A stretch of 64,000 bases of DNA from NCBI GenBank assembly GCA_001029635.1, contig CP011209.1:16983-80982 (forward strand), given 5' to 3'. The DNA is from Candidatus Wolfebacteria bacterium GW2011_GWB1_47_1 (GTDB lineage Bacteria; Patescibacteriota; Minisyncoccia; UBA6257; UBA9933). Positions 45,320 through 55,405 of the stretch are shown here, one piece after another. The notes beneath the pieces were generated by a model. That model worked only from the letters and a program-made list of their open reading frames with translations. It was not told the DNA's origin and did no database searches. Positions within the stretch are counted from its first letter, which is position 1, and each line of letters starts with the position of its first letter. Position numbers and translations under genes: made by a program.

Positions 45320-45922
45320 TTATTGCACAGGGGCAGGAGGAGCAATCGCCGGCAATGTCTGCACGGTAATAGTAGCAGCAACGAATTCCTTCGCCTCCTT
45401 GACGTTTTGCGTCGCACCCACCAAAATCTGGTCGCCCTTCTGTATTCCAGAGACTAGTATCTTTTCCTGCAAAAACATCTGCGGAGGAATTATGGCGCCT
45501 GCAGCAGGGCCACCGATGGACTGCTGTATTTTTTTATTATATTCCTGAACCTCTTTTTGATACGCAATTGGATCCTTTTGCACCGCACGATAAATTATGG
45601 TGTTTGCATCAATTTTCACAATACGCATATCCAGTTCTGGATCAGCAAGTGGCTCAAGTGGTCGAATTTTCAAAACAACCTCGTTCGAGCGCACTTCTAT
45701 TACCTCACCGCCCATGTGTAAGACTTCAATAGCTGCGGGCACTGCGTATCCAGAATCGGCGAGGCGCTTCTTGGCGGCATCCCACCCCGCCTGATAGGTA
45801 TTTTCGCCGGTCAACAATGGCCCTGTTGGATCAAATGCAACAGACCCGATCCAAATACCAATAGCTAGCGTAATCACGATGACTCCTCCAATAATAATTA
45901 TTTTCTTTATTTGTTCATTCAT
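45320..45922 (-). CDS. hypothetical membrane-anchored protein
   Basis: Start trimmed to M22 (MNEQIKKIIIIGGVIVITLAIGIWIG TM anchor). Pro-rich C-terminus. Confidence 0.55.
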   Translation of the reverse strand: MNEQIKKIIIIGGVIVITLAIGIWIGSVAFDPTGPLLTGENTYQAGWDAAKKRLADSGYAVPAAIEVLHMGGEVIEVRSNEVVLKIRPLEPLADPELDMRIVKIDANTIIYRAVQKDPIAYQKEVQEYNKKIQQSIGGPAAGAIIPPQMFLQEKILVSGIQKGDQILVGATQNVKEAKEFVAATITVQTLPAIAPPAPVQ

Positions 45923-46018
45923 TGATGTGTTGGGTTGTGTATTATTTACTTCTCTGCTCGCATATATATGCGGTAAGTATATCAAAAATAGCTGCGGAAG
46001 AATATGTAATTATATTCT

Positions 46019-46942
46019 TCATAATTCTTTTTTTGCCAACGCTTCAGAGATGTTTAGTACGGCTTTAATCGCCTCTCCGATAGCCGTATTAATCTGGTTG
46101 TATGAAGCGTCGGTAATATCCCCCGCAGCCCAAATGCCCTTGAGTGATGATTGGAATGTCGTCTTATCGACGATAATGTTTCCGTTCGGTGTAATATCGA
46201 CAAGATCACTAACAATACCCGAGTTGGGCTGCATACCAATAGCAACAAACACGCCCTCAACAGCAAGGTTCTTTTCTTCGTTAGTCGTGCGATCGACATA
46301 TGTCAATCCGCGCACAAATGTATCCCCAACGATTTCCTTCGTTTGCGCCTGCGTAACAATCGTTATTTTCGGGTCGCTGCGCAATAACTCTTGAGTAGTC
46401 ATGTCTCCCTTTAACATTGGAGCAAATTCCAGGATGGTAATGTGCGAAGCGAAGGGCAATAAGTCACGTGCCGCCTCAAGTCCGCTATTCCCTCCACCAA
46501 TGACCACAACGGCCTTATCCTGCATCAACGGTGCATCGCACGTCGCGCAGTAAAAAACACCCTTGCCGGAAAACGCACGTTCCCCGGGTATATTCAAATG
46601 TCTATAGATACTCCCTAATGTCACCAATATTGTTTTGGTATCATAGACCCGCCCTTTTGAATCAACAACTGAAAATCCTCCGTCAATCTTTGTTACACGC
46701 TCAACGGTTATGCCATCCGTGATTACGATGTGTTTCTGGGCACGAAGTTGGGTTTCAAGCACCTGAGCGAGTTCCAATCCGGAAATAGCGATGTGACCGA
46801 TAAAGTTTTCGATCTTTGCCGAAGTAATCGCCTGCCCGCCGAAATCCTTGGTCAGTAGCAATGCATTCAATTTTTTCCGGGATGCGTACACACCCGCTGC
46901 AACACCCGCAGGCCCACCCCCAATAATAATGAGATCATACAT
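46019..46942 (-). CDS. trxB: thioredoxin-disulfide reductase
   Basis: MYDLIIIGGGPAGVAAGVYASR FAD motif, CATCDA redox-active disulfide, and GGGNSGLEAA NADPH motif. Confidence 0.95.
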   Translation of the reverse strand: MYDLIIIGGGPAGVAAGVYASRKKLNALLLTKDFGGQAITSAKIENFIGHIAISGLELAQVLETQLRAQKHIVITDGITVERVTKIDGGFSVVDSKGRVYDTKTILVTLGSIYRHLNIPGERAFSGKGVFYCATCDAPLMQDKAVVVIGGGNSGLEAARDLLPFASHITILEFAPMLKGDMTTQELLRSDPKITIVTQAQTKEIVGDTFVRGLTYVDRTTNEEKNLAVEGVFVAIGMQPNSGIVSDLVDITPNGNIIVDKTTFQSSLKGIWAAGDITDASYNQINTAIGEAIKAVLNISEALAKKEL

Positions 46943-46992
46943 GATATGCATAGTATAAATCTTTTCCTAAAAAAAATCCCTTTCGGGATTTT

Positions 46993-47220
46993 TTATTTTG
47001 CCAAGGCCTTATCTATTTCCTCACGATCGAATCCGATAATGATGGTTCCGTTCACATCAATGACAGGCACACCAAGCTGATGCGTCTTCTCGACCATCTC
47101 TTTTGCGGCATCATGATCGGTCTGTACGTTCTTTTCGACGAATTCGACACCCTGCTTTTCAAAATATTCCTTTGCCATTATGCAATAAGGACATGTGTTT
47201 GTAGAATAGATGATTACCAT
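46993..47220 (-). CDS. glutaredoxin (NrdH/Grx-like)
   Basis: ~75 aa from M22 of the track ORF: MVIIYSTNTCPYCIMAKEYF, with a CPYC active site. Confidence 0.8.
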   Translation of the reverse strand: MVIIYSTNTCPYCIMAKEYFEKQGVEFVEKNVQTDHDAAKEMVEKTHQLGVPVIDVNGTIIIGFDREEIDKALAK

Positions 47221-47248
47221 AATTGTATTAAAAATATATACGCTCTGT

Positions 47249-47521
47249 TTATTTTTTAATTCCGCCCTCCAGACCTTTACCAAACAGGCCCCATAGTGTC
47301 AGAACAACGATACAGGCACCGGCGATAACATTACTCCATAATGCGAATGCGTAGCCCGAAAACCCAAGCACCCAAGGGGAGACAAATACCCAAACCCCGA
47401 GGATAAGCTTCGCCCAACTTAAATAGTTCATTTCTATAGTATACCCCGTTACAAAATTTAACGCTATATCGCGCATAGGTATAGTAAAAACATGCGCCAT
47501 ACTAGCAAGCAGGGCATACAT
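47249..47521 (-). CDS. SPW-repeat membrane protein
   Basis: VSPWVLGF motif and two to three TM helices. The start is uncertain (M18 or M25 of the track ORF). Confidence 0.55.
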   Translation of the reverse strand: MYALLASMAHVFTIPMRDIALNFVTGYTIEMNYLSWAKLILGVWVFVSPWVLGFSGYAFALWSNVIAGACIVVLTLWGLFGKGLEGGIKK

Positions 47522-47577
47522 TTTGTAACGAGGTACGCCGCAAAGAAAAACCACCGATCTGTGGTTTTTCAAATGAC

Positions 47578-48357
47578 TTATTTGAGATAGCTCTCGACCA
47601 ATACGGTCAAAGCCTGCTTGTCATACAACACGCGCGGATCAACCTTCTTACCGTTGATGTATACGGTAGGAGTCGAAATGCCGTCAGTCATAACTTCCTG
47701 CGCCTCCCGCATATGGGCTGCGGTCACTTCGATCTTCTTCCCGGAATTGAAGCACTCGGTAAATGCGTTCTGATCGAGTCCAATTTCCTTGCCAATTTTC
47801 GTGAAGAGATTAAGGTTCAAGTTTCCATTGTTCTCGCTCGATTCAATCTTCCGCGCGATCATCTGCTCAACTTCTTTGTATTCCGCAGTAAAGATCCCAT
47901 CGTGCATTTCCCAAAATTTCCCCTGCTCTTGAGCGCAAGCTACCGCGGTAGCGGAATTTTCCGATTCCTGCCCAAGAAATGCGAGTGGCTTATAAACCAA
48001 TTTTGCCTTGCCGGTATCGACAAACGCGCTCTTAATGAAGGGTGCTACATCATTGAAGAACTTACCACAGTACGGGCACTGAAAATCGCCAAATTCGATG
48101 ATAGTCACTTTCGCATCGGAATTGCCTCGTACAACATCTGCAGCAGTGATCTCCGGGGCCTTTCCGATGGCGCCCTGCTCAACAGTAGGAGCTGGATTAT
48201 TTGCTGCACCACTTGAATAGACGAAAGCGGCGGCAATCACCACAGCGGCAAATACAATGCTCGCAGGGAGCATCCACTCCTTTTTCTCCTCTTTCTTAAT
48301 AAACTGGGCAATTTCTTCCGCCTGGTTCATTTGGTTTTTCTCGTTAGTATGTTCCAT
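47578..48357 (-). CDS. DsbA-like thiol:disulfide oxidoreductase (thioredoxin fold) with an N-terminal membrane anchor
   Basis: 259 aa. TM helix, then FQCPYCGKFF CxxC active site and DsbA-family context. Confidence 0.85.
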   Translation of the reverse strand: MEHTNEKNQMNQAEEIAQFIKKEEKKEWMLPASIVFAAVVIAAAFVYSSGAANNPAPTVEQGAIGKAPEITAADVVRGNSDAKVTIIEFGDFQCPYCGKFFNDVAPFIKSAFVDTGKAKLVYKPLAFLGQESENSATAVACAQEQGKFWEMHDGIFTAEYKEVEQMIARKIESSENNGNLNLNLFTKIGKEIGLDQNAFTECFNSGKKIEVTAAHMREAQEVMTDGISTPTVYINGKKVDPRVLYDKQALTVLVESYLK

Positions 48358-48564
48358 AGTACACCTAGTTTACTACACCTAGTCCATCAAGTGCAACGTG
48401 AGTCTCTTGTCAAAACAACGGGTATGCATTTAACAAAATAGAATAAAAAATGAGGGGAACGAAATAAATCACCCCTCTCAGATATTTTACACATACGCGC
48501 GCGTTCCACCGCTACCACAGCGAAGAAAGGATGATTTACTCCACGCTATATACCGATCACATGA

Positions 48565-49905
48565 TCATTGCTCATTTACAAAGACCGTTTTGATCGTCTT
48601 AAGGATAATCAAAATATCCAGTACGAACGACATATTCTTTAAATAGTAGATATCAAATTCAAGCTTGCGATACGCGTCCTCCACACTCGATCCATATCGA
48701 TATCCTATCTGAGCCCACCCGGTAATCCCTGGCTGTACCAAGTGGCGAACCTCATAATACGGCACTTTCTTTTTGAGGTCGGCAACGAACTCAGGTCGCT
48801 CGGGTCGCGGACCAACGAACGACACCTCGCCCCGCAATACGTTAAAAAGTTGCGGAAATTCATCGATATGAGTCGCACGCAAAAACTTCCCCACTTTGGT
48901 CACTCGGTTATCCCCAGGCGCAGACCATTGCGCCCCATGTTTTTCCGCATCCACACGCATGCTTCGAAATTTATAAATTTCAAACAACTGCTCATTCTTC
49001 CCTACGCGCTCCTGTCGATAAATGACCGGCCCACGCGAAGTAAACTTCACCGCGACTGCCGCAAGAAGTATGATTGGGGAAAGAATAACCAGCATAACGA
49101 TCGCCAAAACCTTTTCAAACACCGCGCGGATAAACGCATACAGTGGCCCCATCGGACGAATGTGTTCGATGAACCAATTTTCCTCGATCTCCTTCAATGG
49201 GATCTGCTTGAATGCCAATTCGTAGAAATCGACAAAGTCGAAGATGCGCACACCCATCGGCAACAATTGATACACGATTTTCACAGTCGATGATTTCTTG
49301 ATGATGCTCGATTGGATGACGAGTGTGTTGATCCGTTCCCGCTCGATCATTTCCTTGAGATGGTCAAATCCGTCGTCTTCCTTTTGGATCCATTTGTTAA
49401 CCGAATATCCCACTTGCGGATTCTGTCGGATAAATTCAATAGTCGTTGCCATCTCGGGAGAATCACCAATAAATAGAATGGTATTACGCATCCCCCGCTT
49501 CACAAAGATTTGTCCAAGTCCCAAGCGGAACACATAATCAAGGACGGCAAACAGCGCGACAAAGATGAGGAGGTTTGTTTTTGGCGAAATTCCAAACACC
49601 GGAAGAAAGAAATAAAAGAGTGCGATAGAAACGGCAACATTAGTCGCAAGTGCCTGGGCGAACAAGGTGAATGTAGCTATATTTGGCTTGAAGTTCTTCT
49701 CCCGATACAGCTCGAAGAGGTAGAAAACAAGCAGCCATGGTAAAAGAATGAACGAAAAGACTTGTAGGTGCTGATACACGAGGCTATATAGTGCGCTGAT
49801 ATATTCACCACGGTAGCGGATTAATAACGTCAAAAACAGGGATGTATAAAACAATACGACATCCCCCAACACTATGGCGGTAATTTTTGTCCGAGAAATG
49901 TTCAT
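48565..49905 (-). CDS. polyprenyl-phosphate sugar phosphotransferase (WbaP/bacterial sugar transferase family), initiating enzyme of the glycan locus
   Basis: Multi-TM N-terminus. C-terminal sugar-transferase domain (...DEFPQLFNVLRGEVSFVGPRPERPEFV). Start trimmed to M19. Confidence 0.9.
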   Translation of the reverse strand: MNISRTKITAIVLGDVVLFYTSLFLTLLIRYRGEYISALYSLVYQHLQVFSFILLPWLLVFYLFELYREKNFKPNIATFTLFAQALATNVAVSIALFYFFLPVFGISPKTNLLIFVALFAVLDYVFRLGLGQIFVKRGMRNTILFIGDSPEMATTIEFIRQNPQVGYSVNKWIQKEDDGFDHLKEMIERERINTLVIQSSIIKKSSTVKIVYQLLPMGVRIFDFVDFYELAFKQIPLKEIEENWFIEHIRPMGPLYAFIRAVFEKVLAIVMLVILSPIILLAAVAVKFTSRGPVIYRQERVGKNEQLFEIYKFRSMRVDAEKHGAQWSAPGDNRVTKVGKFLRATHIDEFPQLFNVLRGEVSFVGPRPERPEFVADLKKKVPYYEVRHLVQPGITGWAQIGYRYGSSVEDAYRKLEFDIYYLKNMSFVLDILIILKTIKTVFVNEQ

Positions 49906-49906
49906 A

Positions 49907-50827
49907 TCAGAACCAGTCTTTCTTCGAGAAGATGGCGAACGCAATGGCAGATACGACAACGATCAACCCCATGACGCCCAAAAATGCCATCGGATTACTC
50001 TGCATCGGAAGAGGCACATTCATACCAAACACGCTTGCAATCATCGTCGGCAAGGTGAGCAAAATCGTCACACCCGCCAAGAATTTCATGGTCTTATTTA
50101 AGTCGTTCGTCAAAATGGTCGAATACGCCTCGCGAATGTTCGAAATAGCCTTGATGCTCGTATTGCAGATGTCGACAGCCTCTTCGTTACTCAGCATAAG
50201 GTCCTCCACAACATCGCTATCCTCCTTGATGAACGCAAGATACTGCTTCCCCAAAAGGGTCTTGTAGATCTTCCCTGCCGGGACCAATGAAGTAACGAAA
50301 TCGTTCATGACACGCTCTCGGTCAACGAACGCAATAATATCCTGGTTCGTGATCTTCGCAACGTTCGATTGCTTCACGCGAATGTCCTTATTAATGGCAT
50401 GCAGGTAGCTTTGGTACAGCAAATTGATCTTGATAAAGAACAGTAACAAAAACTTTTCCTTCTGTGTGGTCGCGAATTCAATCTTCCCGGATAGGAAGTC
50501 ATCGAAGATGGCCCTGCGTTCGCGCGCGACCGTGACAATAAAGTCTTCCGCGACGACAAAAAGAATCGGTGCGGTCTGGATAACCCCACGCTCTTCGTAC
50601 GGGAACCGCAAAAAGATATACATCATACTGCCCTCGACCTCAAAACGAGGAACCTCAAACGGGTCGAGTGCATCCGAAATATGCCCATGCTCAAGCTTAA
50701 GGTCGTCGGTCAGGAATTCCATTTCATGTTCGGATGGGTCGGTCACAAAGACCCAGCTCCCCTTCTGAACCACGCTACCCTTTTGAATATGAGCATCCTT
50801 TAATGATTTTCGGTAGATTTCGATCAT
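49907..50827 (-). CDS. corA: CorA-family Mg2+/Co2+ transporter
   Basis: Two C-terminal TM helices with a GMN-type motif (VFGMNVP). Start trimmed to M26. Confidence 0.8.
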   Translation of the reverse strand: MIEIYRKSLKDAHIQKGSVVQKGSWVFVTDPSEHEMEFLTDDLKLEHGHISDALDPFEVPRFEVEGSMMYIFLRFPYEERGVIQTAPILFVVAEDFIVTVARERRAIFDDFLSGKIEFATTQKEKFLLLFFIKINLLYQSYLHAINKDIRVKQSNVAKITNQDIIAFVDRERVMNDFVTSLVPAGKIYKTLLGKQYLAFIKEDSDVVEDLMLSNEEAVDICNTSIKAISNIREAYSTILTNDLNKTMKFLAGVTILLTLPTMIASVFGMNVPLPMQSNPMAFLGVMGLIVVVSAIAFAIFSKKDWF

Positions 50828-51007
50828 AGTAGTTCTATTTCCCCCCTCCTCCGTCTTGCTGTTGCGTATCTTTTTAGGAGACTGCGAAGATCGGCGGAGC
50901 AAGCACGAACCGAATATTCAACAGAATATTCGTGTGCTCCTAAAAAGACACGACAAAAGCAAATACTTCCCTTTAATTATGCCCTTAATTGCGGTAACAT
51001 TCAATCA

Positions 51008-52474
51008 ATGTTAAAACGGGTAAGATCACTTCTTCTGGAGAACAAAACAACCAGGCAAACAATAGCCAAAAACACCTTCTGGCTCTTTTTTGGTAACATC
51101 AGTTCGCGCCTCATCAAGGCGGGCATCATCATCTACGCGGCCCGCATTCTGGGCGCCGAAGACTGGGGCGTCTTTTCATATGCTCTTTCCCTCGCGGCCT
51201 TCTTCACCGTCTTCACCGATTTTGGGATGAGCACGGTCATCACACGCGAATCAGCAAAAGATCTTTCTGTGCAAGAAAAATACTTTGCAACTTCACTAGT
51301 ACTCAAGATAGCCATGACGATCGTATCGATCGCCGTGTTTCTCGCCCTCGCCCCGCTTATCGTAAAGCAAAAAGCGGTCATGGCACTGCTCCCCATCATC
51401 ATCCTGCTCGTAAGCCTCGATGGCATGCGCGACTTTGCCGCCTCGCTATCCCGCGCATGGGAGAAGATGGAGATCGAAGCCGCGATCCAAATCCTTACCA
51501 ATATCGCCATAGTCATCGGCGGATTTGTTGCGCTGTACTATTATCAGACCTCGTACGCACTCTCCGTAGGCTACACGATCGGGGTTGGTATTGGTATGCT
51601 CGCAGCATTTTATCCATTCCACCACTATTTCAAGAATCTCAAGCAAACCTTCGATCCGAAGCTCATCAAGCCGATCCTGCACGCAAGTTGGCCGATCGGC
51701 ATGCTCGGTCTCATGACGGCGACCATGCTCAACACCGACACAATTATGATCGGATGGTTCCGTGACATTTCAGAAGTTGGTTACTATTCGGCCGGTCAGC
51801 GCATTGCGCAGATCATATTCATGGTACCCGCATTACTGACAACGGCCCTCTTCCCCTCATTTGCAAAGTTCGCATTCGACAAAGAGCGCTTTGGCAAAGC
51901 AATCGAAAAGTCGCTCCTCATCCTCCTTATGGTCGGCATCCCCATGGCGATTGGCGGAGCCTTCCTTGCTAAGGACATCATGTACATTGTATACGGCGAT
52001 CAATATCTCGCCGGTTCGCTCGCTTTTGCAATCATGTCGCTCACCTTCATCTCGGGGTTCATAGCCCCAGTCTTAGGCAATGCGATATTCGCGCTTAACA
52101 AAGAAAAGCAATTATTCACCTATATCGCCTTGGGGATCGGCGGGAACTTCCTATTTAATCTGATTTTTATTCCCGTCTTTGGTATAGCAGGCGCAGCACT
52201 TTCGACACTCCTTAACCAAACCATCATCACGATATATTTATCGCATAAGCTCAAAAAAGAAGTGACGATCTCCATTCGCAAAAAGCTTGCAAATATTCTT
52301 ACGGCGTCATTCATCTTATTTGTCGCGGTATTTGGTCTATCACTCCTGGAGTTCAATGCGATTGTGATTATCATCGCCGCCGCAGCAGCATATGGATACG
52401 TCCTCCATCTCCTGCAAGAACCAATTTTTGTAGAAGTTGCCAATCCAATATTCCGCCGCATAAAAAGCACATAA
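51008..52474 (+). CDS. oligosaccharide flippase (Wzx/MOP superfamily)
   Basis: 488 aa with ~12-14 TM helices. N-terminal LLENKTTRQTIAKNTFWLFFGNISSRLIKAGIIIYAARILG is typical of polysaccharide-biosynthesis (PST) proteins. Confidence 0.85.
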   Translation: MLKRVRSLLLENKTTRQTIAKNTFWLFFGNISSRLIKAGIIIYAARILGAEDWGVFSYALSLAAFFTVFTDFGMSTVITRESAKDLSVQEKYFATSLVLKIAMTIVSIAVFLALAPLIVKQKAVMALLPIIILLVSLDGMRDFAASLSRAWEKMEIEAAIQILTNIAIVIGGFVALYYYQTSYALSVGYTIGVGIGMLAAFYPFHHYFKNLKQTFDPKLIKPILHASWPIGMLGLMTATMLNTDTIMIGWFRDISEVGYYSAGQRIAQIIFMVPALLTTALFPSFAKFAFDKERFGKAIEKSLLILLMVGIPMAIGGAFLAKDIMYIVYGDQYLAGSLAFAIMSLTFISGFIAPVLGNAIFALNKEKQLFTYIALGIGGNFLFNLIFIPVFGIAGAALSTLLNQTIITIYLSHKLKKEVTISIRKKLANILTASFILFVAVFGLSLLEFNAIVIIIAAAAAYGYVLHLLQEPIFVEVANPIFRRIKST

Positions 52475-52566
52475 CGGCGCATTGTCATGCTAAACCTATA
52501 TTGTTATTCTGACGAATATGGAAATCCAATATTTTTCTTAATTCTCTTATCGCATATCTCTATTCT

Positions 52567-53700
52567 ATGAACATCCTCATTGTGATAACCAAAGGAGAAG
52601 TAGGCGGAGCGCAGATATTTGTTTCCACGCTCGCAAAAAACCTGCATCGGCAAGGACACAAAGTCACTGTCGCCTATGGAGAAGGAGACTACCTGCGCGA
52701 TACGCTAGCGCCGGAAGGTATTGCGCTAGTGCGCTTCCACTGGCTTAGGCGCACGACCAACCTACTGTCCAACATCCGCTTTGGCCGGGAATTGCGTGCA
52801 TACCTCGCAACACGTCATTTTGACGTGATCCATTTCAACAGTTCAAATGCGCTCTTCGGCGTACTAGCCGCGCGCTTGATGCGCTCACATGCAAAAATCA
52901 TATTCACGCTCCATGGCCTTTCGGTCGTCGATCCAAACTACGCCGCATCGAACATCGCAAAACGCGCATATCGAGCATTATTTAAACTATTACTAATGCT
53001 TGTCGATGAGCCCGTATTTGTAAGTAAATTAAATTTCGAATACGCAAAGAAGATCGGGCTGATCAAACGCGGTACAGTAATCCCCAATGGCATCAACACG
53101 GAATCACTGGAATTTCTACCCCGTGAAGAAGCACGCATCACCTTGAGCGAAAAAATGGGGATAACCACCGCAGACTACTACATCATTGGATCCATTGGCC
53201 GCCTTGCCTATCCAAAGAATTATGAGTTTCTTATTAGAACATTTCCAAAAATCGTGAAGGAGATCCCAAACGCAATAGCCATTATTATTGGTGAAGGGCC
53301 AAAACGCGAACTATATGAACAAATGATCGAACAAAAAGAACTGACTAATAGGGTATTTCTCATTGGCGAACTCCCGGATGCCTATCGGTATATCAAAGCA
53401 TTTGATCTCTTCACACTCCCCTCAGAATACGAAGGGATGTCCATGACGCTCATCGAAGCAATGTTTGCAGAAGTGCCCATCCTCGCATCACGCGTTGGAG
53501 GTACACCAGAATTGCTCAATGACCCTACTCAGACCTACGCGCTCAATGACGTGGATAACTTTATCAAAAAATTGAACGAGATCCGCTCTAAGGAAGGTTT
53601 TACCTATACTACGGAACAAAGGAACCATCACTCCCAATTCAAAGGCGAAGCGATGGCAGAAAAATATATCAAGGTTTACGGGGAAACCCATTTTTCTTGA
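52567..53700 (+). CDS. glycosyltransferase family 4
   Basis: 377 aa. N-terminus ILIVITKGEVGGAQIFV, C-terminal GT4 motif EGMSMTLIEAMFAEVPILASRVGGTPELL. Confidence 0.9.
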   Translation: MNILIVITKGEVGGAQIFVSTLAKNLHRQGHKVTVAYGEGDYLRDTLAPEGIALVRFHWLRRTTNLLSNIRFGRELRAYLATRHFDVIHFNSSNALFGVLAARLMRSHAKIIFTLHGLSVVDPNYAASNIAKRAYRALFKLLLMLVDEPVFVSKLNFEYAKKIGLIKRGTVIPNGINTESLEFLPREEARITLSEKMGITTADYYIIGSIGRLAYPKNYEFLIRTFPKIVKEIPNAIAIIIGEGPKRELYEQMIEQKELTNRVFLIGELPDAYRYIKAFDLFTLPSEYEGMSMTLIEAMFAEVPILASRVGGTPELLNDPTQTYALNDVDNFIKKLNEIRSKEGFTYTTEQRNHHSQFKGEAMAEKYIKVYGETHFS

Positions 53701-54490
53701 TCAGGGCATACGGAGAAGATAATCCGAGTACGCCATACCAAACCAGTCGCGCAACTCCGCGCACCAATGCCCGCATCACATACGGGTATTGTTTTTTATA
53801 ATTCCAGATCAACCCCAATGTGATCAGATTCATCTTCCACTTCTTTTTGGCACTCACTGAGCCCGCACGCTGAGTCCAATTGATGCAAAATGTATCGAGA
53901 TTGGCGAACTTTCCAACAGCACCCATGCGTAGCCATAAATCATAGTCTTCAGCCAATCGCATATCCTTATATCCACCCAACTGCTGAAATACATCCTTGC
54001 GATAGAGTGCTCCCGAATGAGCGAAGCAATTGCGCCCCAAAATACTGGCACGAATTTGCTCATCATTCTTCGGATACCGTTGTTCAAATAAAATATTCTC
54101 CAATTCATCAACAACTCGCACGCAACCAGATCCAACAAGTACATATTCGGGGTGCGCTTCCAAAAAACCAACCTGCTCGCGTAACTTATTTGTATCTGGC
54201 CATTCGTCATCATCATCAATGACCGCAACGTAACCACCCTTCGCCTGGGCAACTGCAAAATTACGCGCCCTCCCCGGCCCCTCATTCTTCGCTCGATAAA
54301 AATACCTCACCCGCGCATCCCTACTCGCAATCGCATGTACGATATTTGCAGTGCCGTCGGTCGATGCATCATCGACCACAACAACCTCAAAATCTACACC
54401 CTCCTGTCGCAAAACACTGCGGATTACACGCTCGATGAATCGCTCTCCGTTTTTAGTTGCAATGATAACGCTGATCATAATCGTATCCAT
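53669..54490 (-). CDS. glycosyltransferase family 2
   Basis: ISVIIATKNGERFIERVIRSVLRQ and DDASTDGT (DxD). The start is M17 or M21 of the track ORF, abutting the stop of the upstream fucosyltransferase gene. Confidence 0.85.
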   Translation of the reverse strand: MDTIMISVIIATKNGERFIERVIRSVLRQEGVDFEVVVVDDASTDGTANIVHAIASRDARVRYFYRAKNEGPGRARNFAVAQAKGGYVAVIDDDDEWPDTNKLREQVGFLEAHPEYVLVGSGCVRVVDELENILFEQRYPKNDEQIRASILGRNCFAHSGALYRKDVFQQLGGYKDMRLAEDYDLWLRMGAVGKFANLDTFCINWTQRAGSVSAKKKWKMNLITLGLIWNYKKQYPYVMRALVRGVARLVWYGVLGLSSPYALIKKNGFPRKP

Positions 54491-55332
54491 TCGCTTGGCA
54501 CCGCATCGCTCGTATCGACGCGCGAATCGCTCACCCATTGCCTCGGAGCAATGACGATCTTATGGGGATTAGCATTAAGCCAAGCGCCCCACCAACTGAA
54601 GCTACTATTGGCAATGATGGCGTGCTTGCACTTGCTCATCAATATAAGCTCTTCATAATCTCTAATACCGCCATCGGAAACATATGTCGCGTTAGGGATT
54701 TCAATATGCTCTTTTACCCACTCGATATCATCAGAGAACACAAAAAATTTTGGCAGGTCAATGCGCTTCAAGATCGTGTCGATTGCAGCTCGGTAATATG
54801 CAGGCGAACAAATGCCATGGAATGCGCTCGCATTTTTATTATTCACATAATCACCTCGGCGAACATGTAAAGAAACCGCATTGGATTGCTCGATATCTTC
54901 CAAGACAGCATGCGCATCTCGACCCATAACATCCTTTAATTGAAATTCGTTACGAACAATAAATTCAATATCCTTGAAATAGCGCTCGCTCTGAAAGAAT
55001 CCTTCCATATACACGTCTCCCGTCTGCTCCAATATCTTTGGGTTAAATACATAACTCGTGATCGGCCGAAATTTATTAATGATCTTTTTGATCAACCTGC
55101 CAATAAGCGAATCACACATACGCCCCACCTCCTCCGCAGTGGCCGCTTGCGCAGAAATGGCAAAGTTGCTCAATGCGTACTGTCGCACAGTATCACTCGC
55201 AGGAATGCCACCAGGATCATACCAGCTCAAATCAAGACGCAATATATCATTGTTCCTTTCTGCCAAATGCTTCGCGCACGCATATTGGAACATCTGGTTC
55301 CCTAGCCCACCTTTAAGTTTGATGATAATCAT
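54475..55332 (-). CDS. alpha-1,2-fucosyltransferase (GT11 family)
   Basis: Starts at M12 of the track ORF: MIIIKLKGGLGNQMFQYACAKHLAE, the GT11 signature (GGLGNQMFQYA). The upstream 11 codons of the track ORF translate hairpin repeat copy G. Confidence 0.8.
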   Translation of the reverse strand: MIIIKLKGGLGNQMFQYACAKHLAERNNDILRLDLSWYDPGGIPASDTVRQYALSNFAISAQAATAEEVGRMCDSLIGRLIKKIINKFRPITSYVFNPKILEQTGDVYMEGFFQSERYFKDIEFIVRNEFQLKDVMGRDAHAVLEDIEQSNAVSLHVRRGDYVNNKNASAFHGICSPAYYRAAIDTILKRIDLPKFFVFSDDIEWVKEHIEIPNATYVSDGGIRDYEELILMSKCKHAIIANSSFSWWGAWLNANPHKIVIAPRQWVSDSRVDTSDAVPSEWIRL

Positions 55333-55338
55333 ATATCT

Positions 55339-55366
55339 GTCATCCCGGCGAAAGCCGGGATCCACT
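55339..55366 (-). repeat. hairpin repeat copy G with compensatory stem changes
   Basis: Reverse complement reads (C)TGGATCCCGGC-TTTC-GCCGGGATGACA, i.e. ATTCCGGC/GCCGGAAT changed to ATCCCGGC/GCCGGGAT. In the 5' UTR of the GT11 gene. Confidence 0.65.
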
Positions 55367-55405
55367 TCCCTATTCGCGCAGAACGCGCATATATAATATT
55401 CTGAA

